From Armatimonadota bacterium (lineage in GTDB: Bacteria > Armatimonadota > SYMT01): a stretch of DNA of 64,000 nucleotides. Both the position numbers and the translations under genes were made by a program. The stretch is from NCBI GenBank assembly GCA_046292385.1, contig JBKBRF010000031.1, positions 22,970-86,969 on the forward strand, read 5' to 3'. This document shows, one piece after another, positions 19,456 to 29,370 of this stretch (positions within the stretch are counted from its first letter, which is position 1; every line of letters begins with the position of its first letter). The notes under the pieces are model-generated. The model worked only from the letters and a program-made list of their open reading frames with translations. It was not told where the DNA came from and did no database searches.

Positions 19456-20577
19456 GTGCAGGAGATCGTCTACTCCATCCTGCAGTGGGGCATGATCCTC
19501 AGCGGGGTGGCGGTGGTCCTGATCACCGGCTACTACATCTACGGCTCCGCCTCCGCGGCGGACCAGCTCTTCCGCGGCGGCTCCCCCGCCGGCGGCATGA
19601 TGACGCCGCAAGAGTTCGCCCGGCACGTGAGCAACATGAACATGCTGCTCGGGTGGCTCCGCATTGCCTCCGTGATCCTGCTGATCTGCACGCTGGGCCG
19701 CTTCTGGGCCTTCCCGGAGACCGGGCTGGGCGTGGTGGTGGTGGGCGCGGCGCTGGCGTTCGGCTTCCCGATGCTGCTGGATAACTTGGCTGGCCCCGCG
19801 AGCGCGCTGCCCCAGAACCTGCAGCGGGTGGGCAATCCCCGCGCGGTGCTCCCCGGCACCTACCAGTCGATCGGCCTGATGATGCTCGGCGCGGGGGTGG
19901 TGCAGCTCCTGGTGCACGGCGTCTTCCGCCTCGCGAGCTCCGGCAGCCGCCGGCCGAAGGCCAGCGCCGAGTCGTCACGTGAAGCGGCGAAGGTGCGGAA
20001 GCAGCAGGACCAGTTCCTGGGAGCTTGCTGGAAGCTGCCGTTCTGCCGCGATACCGAGAAGCAGCTCTGCCCGATCCGGGCGCAGAAGAAGTCGTGCTGG
20101 CGCACCGGCCGCGGCTGCTACTGCGACCAGAACGTCATCCTCACCCTGAGCGGCGGGAACCAGTACCAGGCGAGCCGCGGCAGCTCCGGCTATCTCTCCG
20201 CGGGCGCCACCGTGGCGCGTCCCAAGACGCTCCGCGAGAAGCGGGAGCAGTGCCTCGCCTGCCCCATCTACCTCCACCATCAAGGTCAGAAGTACCGCCT
20301 GGGCGCTCCGCTGGTGCTGCTCGGCATCATCGGCGGGGTGGCGCTCTACCATACCGCCATCCAGCAGAAGTACGCGGCGCTGATGCTCGGCCTCGGCCAG
20401 GCGACCGCCAAGTTCAGCTTCCAGACGTCGGCGTCCGGCGGCGACCCGATGGCGTGGGCGCGGGACATGGCGGCTCACCAGGGCATCATGTGGATGCTCC
20501 TGTCGGTGGTCATCGTCCTTAGCATCGCCTACCTGATCCAGGGTCTGGAGTGGGTGCTCTTCCGGCTGGGTTTGTAG
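19456..20577 (+). CDS. Membrane protein with internal Cys-rich domain, function unknown
   Basis: About six hydrophobic segments; CWKLPFC..C..CW..GCYC and CLAC..HH cluster; GTG after GGAG. Confidence 0.7.
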   Translation: MQEIVYSILQWGMILSGVAVVLITGYYIYGSASAADQLFRGGSPAGGMMTPQEFARHVSNMNMLLGWLRIASVILLICTLGRFWAFPETGLGVVVVGAALAFGFPMLLDNLAGPASALPQNLQRVGNPRAVLPGTYQSIGLMMLGAGVVQLLVHGVFRLASSGSRRPKASAESSREAAKVRKQQDQFLGACWKLPFCRDTEKQLCPIRAQKKSCWRTGRGCYCDQNVILTLSGGNQYQASRGSSGYLSAGATVARPKTLREKREQCLACPIYLHHQGQKYRLGAPLVLLGIIGGVALYHTAIQQKYAALMLGLGQATAKFSFQTSASGGDPMAWARDMAAHQGIMWMLLSVVIVLSIAYLIQGLEWVLFRLGL

Positions 20578-20682
20578 CCCCGGGCTGTCGCCCGGCACCA
20601 GGGGTCACGCGCGTGGTAAGGTGCCTGCGTCGGGAGCGCAGCATCGGTGCTGCCGGATTGCACGAGCGGTCCCTACCGTTCT

Positions 20683-20855
20683 CCACCCCCGTCATCCTGA
20701 ACGTCAGTGAAGGATCTCGGCAGCCGTGCTGGGACGGGACTCGCAGGTGGGTGACGCGGACTCTACCTCCGGTTTCCCTCCGCGCGCCCGGCCACCCGCT
20801 CCGGCGCAGAGCGGGCGACGTAGGTCCGTCATTTCCTTCAGGATGACGGGGGTGG
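20683..20855. repeat. REP doublet / MITE-like element with 19-bp terminal inverted repeats
   Basis: CCACCCCCGTCATCCTGAA (20683-20701) and TTCAGGATGACGGGGGTGG (20837-20855), between convergent genes. Confidence 0.75.
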
Positions 20856-20921
20856 GAAACCGAAGGCGGCCGAGCCTTTCCCGCTCGAATCCTTATCCCG
20901 CAGGATGGGAGGTCGGTGTGA

Positions 20922-21881
20922 TTACGGAGTGCGCCTCGACTTCGCCGCGGCCTCGCTCATCATCCGCTGGAGCGGGAGAAACCCGGCCTCTACGAGCTCC
21001 GCGACGTCTTTCCCGGCGCCTTCAAGGGTGCCAGCGTCGAACGGCGGCTGCGGGTCGTACTCCGCGCTGAGCTGGAGCGCCCGCGCCATCCTCTCGTTCC
21101 GCAGCCGGGCCGCGAGCTGCAGGCCGAAGTCGATCCCGGCCGTCACGCCGCCGCCCGTCATCCGGTTTCGATCCACCACCACCCTCGCCTTCACCGGCGT
21201 CGCCCCGAAGAGCGGCAGCACCGAGTCCCGCATGGCCCAGTGCGACGTCGCCCGGTAGCCCGCGAGCAGACCCGCCGCTCCGAGGACCAGCGATCCGGTG
21301 CAGACGCTGGTGACCCACTCGGCGCTCCGGCCCTTCTCCGCCACGAAGTCGAGCACCTCGTCGTCCTGCATCACGGCAAGCGTGCCGAGCGTCCCGCCCG
21401 GGACCAGCAGCACCGTCAGCTCCTCCGGGCACTCGCTGAACATCCGCGTGGGCAGGATCGGCACGCCGGCATCGCTCACGACCGGCTTCGACCGGTCCTT
21501 CCAGACCAGGTGGACGTCCACGTTTCCCATCCCCGCCAGGATCTGCTGCGGGCCGATCAAGTCGAGCGCGGTCATCTGGGGATAGACCAGCATCGCCACC
21601 TGCTGTGGGCGGCCGTCCGGGATCCCGAGCTGCTCCCGCACCTGCCTCGGGATCTCCGGCGGAGAGGCGGGCTCCGCCGGGACCGGCTCCGGAGGCGCGG
21701 CGGGCCGCTCGTCGGCCGCGAGGGCCGAGTGCGGCTGGAGTGCCAGGCCGGCAGCCGAAGACGCGGTCAGCGCCAGGCTCACGGCATGGCGGACGATCTC
21801 TCGCCGGCTCATAGCGCTGTTTCCCACTCGAGCATCGAGCTCGCCGGAAGAGAGGTGCTGGCTCTTGTCTGCTTTCATCAC
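20922..21881 (-). CDS. DJ-1/PfpI family protein (isonitrile hydratase-like) with Tat-like signal
   Basis: TALDLIGP, LLVPGG, VTSVCTG, ATSHW, GGGVTAGIDFG, EYDPQPPF; SRREIV signal (alternative start 21812). Confidence 0.88.
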   Translation of the reverse strand: MMKADKSQHLSSGELDARVGNSAMSRREIVRHAVSLALTASSAAGLALQPHSALAADERPAAPPEPVPAEPASPPEIPRQVREQLGIPDGRPQQVAMLVYPQMTALDLIGPQQILAGMGNVDVHLVWKDRSKPVVSDAGVPILPTRMFSECPEELTVLLVPGGTLGTLAVMQDDEVLDFVAEKGRSAEWVTSVCTGSLVLGAAGLLAGYRATSHWAMRDSVLPLFGATPVKARVVVDRNRMTGGGVTAGIDFGLQLAARLRNERMARALQLSAEYDPQPPFDAGTLEGAGKDVAELVEAGFLPLQRMMSEAAAKSRRTP

Positions 21882-21921
21882 CTTATCGCTTCACTTCTGA
21901 CAGAGAGACGACTGTTCGGGC

Positions 21922-21969
21922 ATACCCCCGTGGGGTATCCGGTAATTGATATACCCTGCAGGGGTATAT
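21922..21969. promoter_or_regulatory. Two CsoR/RcnR-type operator palindromes
   Basis: ATACCC-N5-GGGTAT at 21922-21938 and 21951-21967; minus-strand TTGACA at 21970-21975. Confidence 0.7.
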
Positions 21970-22074
21970 TGTCAAGGTGATCCGGCGTCACCGCGCCGCG
22001 CGCGCTGCGTCCTGGATCATGGCTCGCCCTACGGGAGTCGCAGCGAGCTGCCGGACCGACGAGAGGAGAGCGCC

Positions 22075-22812
22075 ATGACCCGAATCGACCCGATGGGTGA
22101 CGGGATCTACCGGATCTCTACGCAGGCGTGGGGGTTCCCGATCACGATGAACCAGTTCCTGATCGACGACGAACACCCGGCGCTGATCCACACCGGCACG
22201 TTTCCGGTGTATGAGGCGGTCCGCAGCGCCGTCGCCGAGGTCCTCGATCCGAAGCGGCTCCGGTACGTCGTGGTGCCACACTTCGAGGCGGACGAGTGCG
22301 GTGGAATGGGCCGCTTCGTCGCCGACGCTCCGGAGGCCACGCTGATCTGCAGCGAGGTCGGCGCCGCGGTGAACCTGAGCGGCTGGGACTACTCCGGTTC
22401 GGTGCAGGGCCAGCGGGACGGCGACACGCTGGAGCTGGGCACCCATACGCTCCGCTTCCTCGAGACGCCGCACGTCCACCACTGGGACTCGATGATGGTG
22501 GTAGACGAGACGACCGGCAGCCTCTTCCCGGCGGACCTGTTCATCCAGCCCGGCGACCAGCCGCCGGTGGTCGAGGAAGACATGACGATCGCGATGTGCC
22601 AGCTCTATCGCGAAAGCGGCATCTTCGCCGCGAAGGAGCCGGTGGTGGCGGTGGTGGAGCGGCTGGAGCGGCTCGATCTGAACTGGGTCCACCCGATGCA
22701 CGGGGGCAGCCTGTCGAAAGCCGCCCTCCCCCGCTACGCCCGGGCGCTGCGGGAAGAGGGCATCGCGTTCGACGGCACGCTGCTGGGACGTCGGCTGCCG
22801 GGAGTGATCTGA
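22075..22812 (+). CDS. MBL-fold metalloprotein (ODP / flavodiiron N-terminal-like)
   Basis: NQFLI, HFEADECG, TPHVHHWD, LFPADLF, PMHG; no flavodoxin domain. Confidence 0.8.
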   Translation: MTRIDPMGDGIYRISTQAWGFPITMNQFLIDDEHPALIHTGTFPVYEAVRSAVAEVLDPKRLRYVVVPHFEADECGGMGRFVADAPEATLICSEVGAAVNLSGWDYSGSVQGQRDGDTLELGTHTLRFLETPHVHHWDSMMVVDETTGSLFPADLFIQPGDQPPVVEEDMTIAMCQLYRESGIFAAKEPVVAVVERLERLDLNWVHPMHGGSLSKAALPRYARALREEGIAFDGTLLGRRLPGVI

Positions 22813-22839
22813 GGCGGCTCGAAGCTCGTAGAGCCACCT

Positions 22840-24471
22840 CTATTCCGTGGAGGCTGCCACCTCGCCCTGCGGTCCGGCGAAGTGACTCCGGGCAGAGGCG
22901 AGCCAGTAGACCGCGAGCCCGATGCCGGCCAGCAGCATGGTCCAGAGCACCAGCTCGTTTGGCGGCAGGCTGAAGATGACGCAGAGGAACGCCACCCAGC
23001 CGAGGGCGATGCCGTTTACCAGCGGCGACCACCGCCCCAGGCTCCACGGCGCCGTCTCGCGCGTTGTGAACTCTCCCCGGCCGGTCCACCGGTTCCGCAC
23101 GTTCAAGTAGATCGGCAGCGCGTAGGCGAGGTAGAGCGCGATGGTGGAGATCGAGGTCACCACCGTGAACGCCGCAGCGTAGAGGCAGATCAGCACCGCC
23201 AGCAGGCTGGTGATCAGGATCGCCCAGACCGGGGTCCCGAGCCGTTCACTCACCTGCTTGAGCAGCGGTGAGCCGGGCATACCGTCATCGCGGGCGAAGG
23301 CGTACCACATCCGGCCCATGGAGGAGATGGAGGCAAGACCGCAGAGCCACATCGCCACGCCGATGATCACCGCCACCACGTTCCCCAGGGCCGCGCCCAG
23401 GTTCTGGTAGGCGATGTAGAGGACGGGGTAGGGGTCCCCCGCCGTGGCGGCGACGTCGCCGTTCGGGATGCGCCAGGTAAGGGCCAGCAGCAGCACGTAG
23501 CCGACCACCGACGACACCGCCACCGAGAGGAAGATGCCCCAGGCGGAGTTCAGTCGCGCCATCACCGTCTCTTCCGCTACGTGGGCGGAGGCGTCATACC
23601 CGGTGAAGGTCCACTGCGCCTGCAGGAGGCCCAGCACGAAGACCAGCCCCAGCGGCGCGGCCTGGTAGAGGCTGGCGAGACCCGGGAAGAGGTTGAAGAG
23701 AGGCGACGGCAGCTTCCAGTCCCCCACTACCAGCGCGGGAGCAGGGTGGCCGGGAGAGAGCTCGGCTGAGGCGGCGTCGAGCGGGTTCTCCACCGTGGTC
23801 CAGGTCGCGAGAAAGCCGAGCGGGTTTTGATGGGATCCCAGGAAGAGCAGCAGCCCCACGATCAGCGCCACGCCGCCGATGTGCCAGTAGACGCTGAAGT
23901 CGTTCAGCCGTGCGGTGAGCCGGATCCCAAAGACGTTGACCAGGACCTGCGGCACCATGAGCAGCACCATCACGAAGACGGTGAAGTACCAGCTCGTGAG
24001 GGTGCCGAATACCGGAATGGTGCTCTCCGGGTCGATGCCGGCCATCCGTGTGACCGCGCCGATCAGGTAGGTCGCGGCGGCGATGTTGATGCCCGCCGTG
24101 ATGGTGACCTGCCCGAGCATGTTCAGCCAGGCAGTGGTCCACGCCCACCCCTTGCCGCCGAGACGGTAGGCCCAGAAGTAGAGCCCGCCGGCGGTGGGAT
24201 ACGCCGAGGCGAGCTCCGCCATGGAAGCGGCGACGCAGAGCGTGAAGAGGCTCACGATCGGCCAGCCAACCGTGTTGATGGCAGGCCCGGCGAACTTGAG
24301 GCCGTAGCCGTAGAGCAGCACCGCCCCGGTGAGGATCGAGATGATGGAGAAGGAGATGGCGAAGTTGGAGAACCCGCCCATCTCCCGGAAGAGCTGCTGG
24401 GCGTAGCCGAGCCGGCGCAGGTCCTCGATATCCTTCTGGATGATCTCTTCACGGCTCGGTCGCTTGCTCAA
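22840..24471 (-). CDS. APC-family amino acid/amine permease
   Basis: LGYAQQLFR..GFSNFAISFS, ELASAYPTAGGLY, GYDASAHVAEET. Confidence 0.9.
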   Translation of the reverse strand: MSKRPSREEIIQKDIEDLRRLGYAQQLFREMGGFSNFAISFSIISILTGAVLLYGYGLKFAGPAINTVGWPIVSLFTLCVAASMAELASAYPTAGGLYFWAYRLGGKGWAWTTAWLNMLGQVTITAGINIAAATYLIGAVTRMAGIDPESTIPVFGTLTSWYFTVFVMVLLMVPQVLVNVFGIRLTARLNDFSVYWHIGGVALIVGLLLFLGSHQNPLGFLATWTTVENPLDAASAELSPGHPAPALVVGDWKLPSPLFNLFPGLASLYQAAPLGLVFVLGLLQAQWTFTGYDASAHVAEETVMARLNSAWGIFLSVAVSSVVGYVLLLALTWRIPNGDVAATAGDPYPVLYIAYQNLGAALGNVVAVIIGVAMWLCGLASISSMGRMWYAFARDDGMPGSPLLKQVSERLGTPVWAILITSLLAVLICLYAAAFTVVTSISTIALYLAYALPIYLNVRNRWTGRGEFTTRETAPWSLGRWSPLVNGIALGWVAFLCVIFSLPPNELVLWTMLLAGIGLAVYWLASARSHFAGPQGEVAASTE

Positions 24472-24500
24472 GGTCTCTCTCCGTATAATCCTTCGAGCCG

Positions 24501-25670
24501 CTACAGCGCTGCCCGGTAAAGTGCCGCCAGGTCCGCCTGTGTCACGTCGCGGGGGTTGCAGAGGTGACAGCCATCCCGGTAGGCGAGGTCCGCGAGCCGC
24601 TCGACCAGCTCCGGGACGACCCCGACCTCGCCGAGTCGGCGCGGCAGCCCGATCCGCGCGAAGAGCCCGGAGAACGCCTCCGCCAGCCGCTCCACCGTCT
24701 CTGCCGGCGCCTCGCCCCGTGCGTCGAGTCCGATCGCTTCCGCCACTCTCCCCGCCCGCGCCGCGATGGCGCCGGCGTTGAAGCGGAGCGCGTGAGGGAG
24801 CATGACGGCGTTCGCGGTGCCGTGGTGGACGCGGGCGACGGTGGAGAGCGGATGTGCCAGCGAGTGGATCACCCCCAGGCCCTTCTGGAAGGCGATGGCC
24901 CCCATCAAGGCGGCGGCCATCATGTCGGAGCGGGCGGTGAGATCGGAGGGACTCTCCACGGCCCGCGGCAGCGCCGCGAAGCCGCTCCGCAGTCCCTCCA
25001 GCGCGATGCCGTCGCAGACGGGGTGGTAGCCCCTCGCGAAGAACGCCTCCAGGTTGTGGATCAGCGCGTCCGCTCCCGTCCCTGCGGTCACTGCAGCCGG
25101 CATTCCGACCGTCAACTCCGGATCGCAGACCGCGAGCGTAGGGATCAGCGTGGGGTGAAACAGCACGCGCTTTCGATCGCCGCGGGTCACGACCGTGCTG
25201 CGGCCGACCTCGCTCCCCGTCCCTGCCGTGGTGGGGATCGCGACCAGCGGCGGCAGCGGCACGCGCACTTCGGCCTGGGACGGGTCCCCCTCCGGACGCA
25301 GAAACCGCTCGAACGACTCGTCGTGGCTGACGTCGACACGCACCGCCTTTGCGGCGTCGATCGGGCTGCCGCCGCCGATGGCGATCAGGTAATCGCAGCC
25401 GGCTTCGCGGTAGGCATCGGCGGCGTTCAGGACGGTGTGCAGATCCGGGTCGGGGCGCACCCCGGCGAACAGCGTGGGGGTCGCCCCCGCCGCTCGCAGC
25501 CGCTCCCGCAGCCGCTCCACCACTCCGGAGGCGAGCACTCCCGGATCGGTAACTACCAGAGGCCGCGACCCGAAGGCGGCTGCCTGTGCCGGAAGCTCGC
25601 GCAGCCGGCCGCTGCCGAAGAGGACTCGGGTGGGGAAATCGAAGTCCCCCTGCATCGAGTGGTGGCTCAC
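24501..25670 (-). CDS. Iron-containing alcohol dehydrogenase
   Basis: GGGSPIDAAK, PTTAGTGSE, DALIH, HSLAH, HHG. Confidence 0.92.
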   Translation of the reverse strand: MSHHSMQGDFDFPTRVLFGSGRLRELPAQAAAFGSRPLVVTDPGVLASGVVERLRERLRAAGATPTLFAGVRPDPDLHTVLNAADAYREAGCDYLIAIGGGSPIDAAKAVRVDVSHDESFERFLRPEGDPSQAEVRVPLPPLVAIPTTAGTGSEVGRSTVVTRGDRKRVLFHPTLIPTLAVCDPELTVGMPAAVTAGTGADALIHNLEAFFARGYHPVCDGIALEGLRSGFAALPRAVESPSDLTARSDMMAAALMGAIAFQKGLGVIHSLAHPLSTVARVHHGTANAVMLPHALRFNAGAIAARAGRVAEAIGLDARGEAPAETVERLAEAFSGLFARIGLPRRLGEVGVVPELVERLADLAYRDGCHLCNPRDVTQADLAALYRAAL

Positions 25671-25671
25671 G

Positions 25672-27006
25672 TCAGATGATCTCGAAGTAGCGCCGCAGCT
25701 CCCAGTCGGTCACCGCTTCCCGGAAGCGCCGCACCTCCCAATCGCGCGACGCGGCGAAGTGATCCACGAAGGCGCTGCCCAGCAGCTCCCGAGCGGCCTC
25801 GCTCCGGGAGAGAAGGGCGGTGGCCTCGTCCAGTGTCTTCGGCAGCGGCACGCCGTCTGCGTGGTATCCGCTGCCGGCCACCGGTGGGGGCGGAGTGAGC
25901 CCCTGCTCGATTCCGTAGAGGCCGGAGGCGAGGGCAGCCGCCAGCGCCAGGTACGGATTCGCGTCGGCGCCTGCCAGGCGGTTTTCGACCCTCGCCGCGC
26001 CCGGGTGAGTCCCGGGAATGGTGCGGAGCGCGGTGGTACGGTTCTCCAGTCCCCAGGTAGCGGAAGTGGGAGCCCAGAACCCCGGCACGAGGCGACGGTA
26101 CGAGTTGATCGTGGGGCAATAGAGGGCGGTCAGCTCCGGCATCAGGGCGAGCTGCCCCGCCACGAACGCCCCCATCTCGGCGCCCGAGCCCTGGAAGCGG
26201 TTACTCCCTCCCGAGTCCCACAGGCTCAGGTGCAGGTGTCCGCTGCTTCCGGCCCGGTCGGCGCTCCACTTGGCCATGAAGGTGGCGGTGCATCCGTGCC
26301 GGTGGGCGATCTCCTTCACCAGCGTCTTGAAGATCGCCGCCCGGTCCGCCGCCTCCAGGACGTCCTGGACCGCGATCGCGGCCTCATAGACCCCGGGGCC
26401 GGTCTCCGTGTGGAGCCCTTCCAGCTCGACCTTCGCCTCGGCGCACCGGTCGAGGATCTCGTGAACGAGCGCGCCGTTCTGCGCCGCCCGGAGCCCGCTG
26501 TAGCCAAAGCTGCCGGGTGAGAGCGGCGCCAGCGCCTGGAACCCCTTCTCCTGCAGCGAGGCGGGCGACTCGCGGAAGATCCAGAACTCGTACTCGACCG
26601 AGGCGCGGGCGTGGAAGCCGAGCGCCTCCCCCCGCCGGATGATCCGCTTCAGGAGATTGCGCGGGCAGACCGGCAGCGGCGTCTCCGGAGCTTCCCAGAA
26701 GTCGCAGAGGAAGAGCGCCGTCTGGGGCTCGTCCGGGAGCAGGCGCAGCGTGTCCGGATCGACCCGTGCCAGCGTGTCCGGGTAGCCGGTGCTCCAGCCG
26801 GTGAAGGTGTCGAAGTCGTAGGTGCGGTCCTCGACGTCCCACGCGAAGATGACGTTGCAGAACCCGAAGCCCTTCCGCACCGCCGAGGCGAGCTTCTCTA
26901 CGGAGACGTACTTGCCGCGCAGGACCCCGTCCAGGTCGGTCCCCGCCAGCCGCACCTTGCGGACGCCGTGCCTCTCCAGCTCCTCTAACCCGCCCTCCGT
27001 CTGCAT
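25672..27006 (-). CDS. Glutamine synthetase-like gamma-glutamyl-amine ligase (PuuA-like)
   Basis: DLDGVLRGK, EYEF, HTETGPGVYE, ATFMAK, SSGHLHLSL, NSYRR, ENRLAGADANPY. Confidence 0.88.
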   Translation of the reverse strand: MQTEGGLEELERHGVRKVRLAGTDLDGVLRGKYVSVEKLASAVRKGFGFCNVIFAWDVEDRTYDFDTFTGWSTGYPDTLARVDPDTLRLLPDEPQTALFLCDFWEAPETPLPVCPRNLLKRIIRRGEALGFHARASVEYEFWIFRESPASLQEKGFQALAPLSPGSFGYSGLRAAQNGALVHEILDRCAEAKVELEGLHTETGPGVYEAAIAVQDVLEAADRAAIFKTLVKEIAHRHGCTATFMAKWSADRAGSSGHLHLSLWDSGGSNRFQGSGAEMGAFVAGQLALMPELTALYCPTINSYRRLVPGFWAPTSATWGLENRTTALRTIPGTHPGAARVENRLAGADANPYLALAAALASGLYGIEQGLTPPPPVAGSGYHADGVPLPKTLDEATALLSRSEAARELLGSAFVDHFAASRDWEVRRFREAVTDWELRRYFEII

Positions 27007-27235
27007 CCCGCCTCCCCGTGCCAATCAAGCCAGCCCCCGCCCGCCAGGGGACAGTGAGCCGTGGGAAACGGAAAGACCTTCCGGCGTCAGGCTGCGTCCG
27101 GGGCGGGGTCGCTCGAGCCTTGCGAACTTGAGAATGAGAACGAGAAGGAGAAAGAGAAGGAGCTAAGCCCGAAGGGCATCCCCACATCCCCGTTGCCACA
27201 TCTCCCCATCTCCTGAACGGCCCGGGTGCCTGTTC

Positions 27236-28240
27236 TCAGAGCAGGTGGCGCATGCGGAACGGCGGCACGGGCTCTCCCCCGCTGAGGGCTTCGAGGACGC
27301 GGGTCCGCATGGTGAGGAAGCTTTCCCTGCCGTCCGGGTGGGTGAGGAGCGGGCGGCGCGCGGCGGCGCTGTCGAGCATCACGGCGGCTGCCGCCGGCGC
27401 GACCTCGCAGCGGCGGAAGACCCATTCTAGCTTGCGGCCGTAGAAGGTGGGAAAGTCGAGGCTGCCGTAGGCGGAGACCGGCTGGTCCTGGTAGCTCTTG
27501 CGGCCCGCCTCGCCGAAGACGGCTCCCTGCAGCGCCAGGGTGACGAACGGCACCAGCTCCATGCCGGTGCGCAGCAGCTTCAGCTCCGGGTGGAGCGGCG
27601 CCTGTTCTGCCAGCGCCCGCACCGCCAGCTCGGCGGCAGTGCGGCTGTAGAGCTTGTAGCCGCTCTGGAGGTCCGGCGCGCGCTGGATCAGGTAGCGGGC
27701 GTCCCACGCGGAGCCGTCCCGCGCCAGAGCGAACGCGACGGCGTCGACGATCGCGTCGTTCAGGAGCAGCTCGTACTCCCCACGCACCCAGCCGAGCGGC
27801 GCGTGGACGCTGGCGCGGCTGCCGATCACCGCCACCGGCACCCCGGGACACTCCCCCGCGATCTGCTCTCCGATCCGGTAGAGGTGCGGGAGGTCGTCGA
27901 GCATGTGATCGCCGTCCGCGTCCCGGGCGGCGATCCACTCCGGCGGTCGCTCTCTCCGGAGCAGGTGCCGGATGCCGGCCGCCAGCGCCGCGCCCTTCCC
28001 CTGGTTTTCCGGGAGCGGCACCAGCTCGAACGGCGCGCCCCAGGCCGGGCCCATGCTCTCCCGCAGCCGCTCCGCCGCCTCCAGGGCGGCGGGGCAGCCG
28101 TCCGGGACCACCACCACGTCGGCCGGTGCCGCGCAGGATGCGGCGTCCGCGAGCGTGGTGAGGAGCAGCTTCTCGATCTCCGGGGCCGGCGTCGCGGCGG
28201 GGTACCACGCCGGGATCACGATCCCGACGCGGTCCACCAT
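27236..28240 (-). CDS. Glycosyltransferase family 2-like protein
   Basis: IVIPAW, VPDG, ENQGKGAAL, DADGDH, DLQSGYK; exact start uncertain (28237-28270). Confidence 0.7.
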   Translation of the reverse strand: MVDRVGIVIPAWYPAATPAPEIEKLLLTTLADAASCAAPADVVVVPDGCPAALEAAERLRESMGPAWGAPFELVPLPENQGKGAALAAGIRHLLRRERPPEWIAARDADGDHMLDDLPHLYRIGEQIAGECPGVPVAVIGSRASVHAPLGWVRGEYELLLNDAIVDAVAFALARDGSAWDARYLIQRAPDLQSGYKLYSRTAAELAVRALAEQAPLHPELKLLRTGMELVPFVTLALQGAVFGEAGRKSYQDQPVSAYGSLDFPTFYGRKLEWVFRRCEVAPAAAAVMLDSAAARRPLLTHPDGRESFLTMRTRVLEALSGGEPVPPFRMRHLL

Positions 28241-28272
28241 CTCCCCTCGGATCGGATACGCCGCGCGCACCG

Positions 28273-29370
28273 TCAGATCACTTCCAGGTAGTCGCGGTCC
28301 GGCAGCTCCGGGAACGGGGCATGCGGCTCCGTCTGGTACCAGTAGGCGACGCTGCTGATGTCGTCCTGCAGCGGCAGGTAGCGGCCCTTGCCCTCCTGGG
28401 CCGACTTCCACCCGAGTGCCTGGATCGTGACGCGCAGGTCGTCCTCGAAGCGGATCGGGTCCTGGATGTGCCAGCGGTACATCCCGAACCGCTGCTGAGC
28501 CTGGTAGAGGCCGTCCGGCTTGATCACCTGCGGCATACCGAGATACGGGGTGCTGAAGACGCCGTACTCCCCTTTCGGGTGCTCGAAGTTCCAGGCGCCG
28601 CCGAAGTAGTCTTCCGTGCCGGTGCCGCAGATGGTGGGGAACTCGGCGTCCCCGTCCATGTAGAACTTGATCTCTCCCTCGCCCCACCAGCGGTTGTTGT
28701 TGACGCCCCAGGCGAGGTAGGTGCCGACGTACTGCCCCCAGCCGCGGACCCCGTCCAGCAGCGTGTGGACCGTCTTGTACGGCAGCGGGTTGCTGCGGCG
28801 CCACTGGGCGTGCAGGTAGGCGGCGTCGTCCGGCACGTCGGTCAGGGTGTAGTCGATCTGGTAGTAGTAGCCGCGGATCTGGTCGTCTGCCAGGTTCTCC
28901 AGCGTGATCCGGGCCGACTTCCGGAACGGCATCACCCAGTAGCTGTTGAAGCCGCCCGCCGGGTTCACCGCGATCGGGAGCGAGCTGACGTTGCACCGCT
29001 CGCACCAGCCGTTGCAGAAGAAGTCGCCGAGCGGCGTCTCCACGGACGGGGTCTCCTCCCCATCCCAGTAGATGCGCAGCACCAGGAAGCGCCACCACTG
29101 CGGGTGGACGGTGTTCCAGATGTGCTGGATCGCCCCCGGCCCCTCGATCTCGGCCAGGGTGACGGTCTGCCGCGGCTCGATGTTGATGGAAGGCGAGACC
29201 TTCCACCCCTGCCCCAGCTCCCGCGCGGAGGTGGCGCCGGTGCCTTCGGTCGCCATGCCGGCTTTGCCCTTCTCGCCGGTGAAGTTCTCCGCGCTGATGC
29301 TGCGGGTCACGGCTCGGGAGAGCCGGAAGACGTTGCTGAGGTTGACCTCGAGGGGGTTGAAGGGTGTCAT
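28273..29370 (-). CDS. Glycoside hydrolase family 172 (DUF2961)
   Basis: SISAENFTGEKG, GPGAIQHIW, PLGDFF, NSYWVMPF, WWGEGE, GTGTEDYF. Confidence 0.88.
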   Translation of the reverse strand: MTPFNPLEVNLSNVFRLSRAVTRSISAENFTGEKGKAGMATEGTGATSARELGQGWKVSPSINIEPRQTVTLAEIEGPGAIQHIWNTVHPQWWRFLVLRIYWDGEETPSVETPLGDFFCNGWCERCNVSSLPIAVNPAGGFNSYWVMPFRKSARITLENLADDQIRGYYYQIDYTLTDVPDDAAYLHAQWRRSNPLPYKTVHTLLDGVRGWGQYVGTYLAWGVNNNRWWGEGEIKFYMDGDAEFPTICGTGTEDYFGGAWNFEHPKGEYGVFSTPYLGMPQVIKPDGLYQAQQRFGMYRWHIQDPIRFEDDLRVTIQALGWKSAQEGKGRYLPLQDDISSVAYWYQTEPHAPFPELPDRDYLEVI

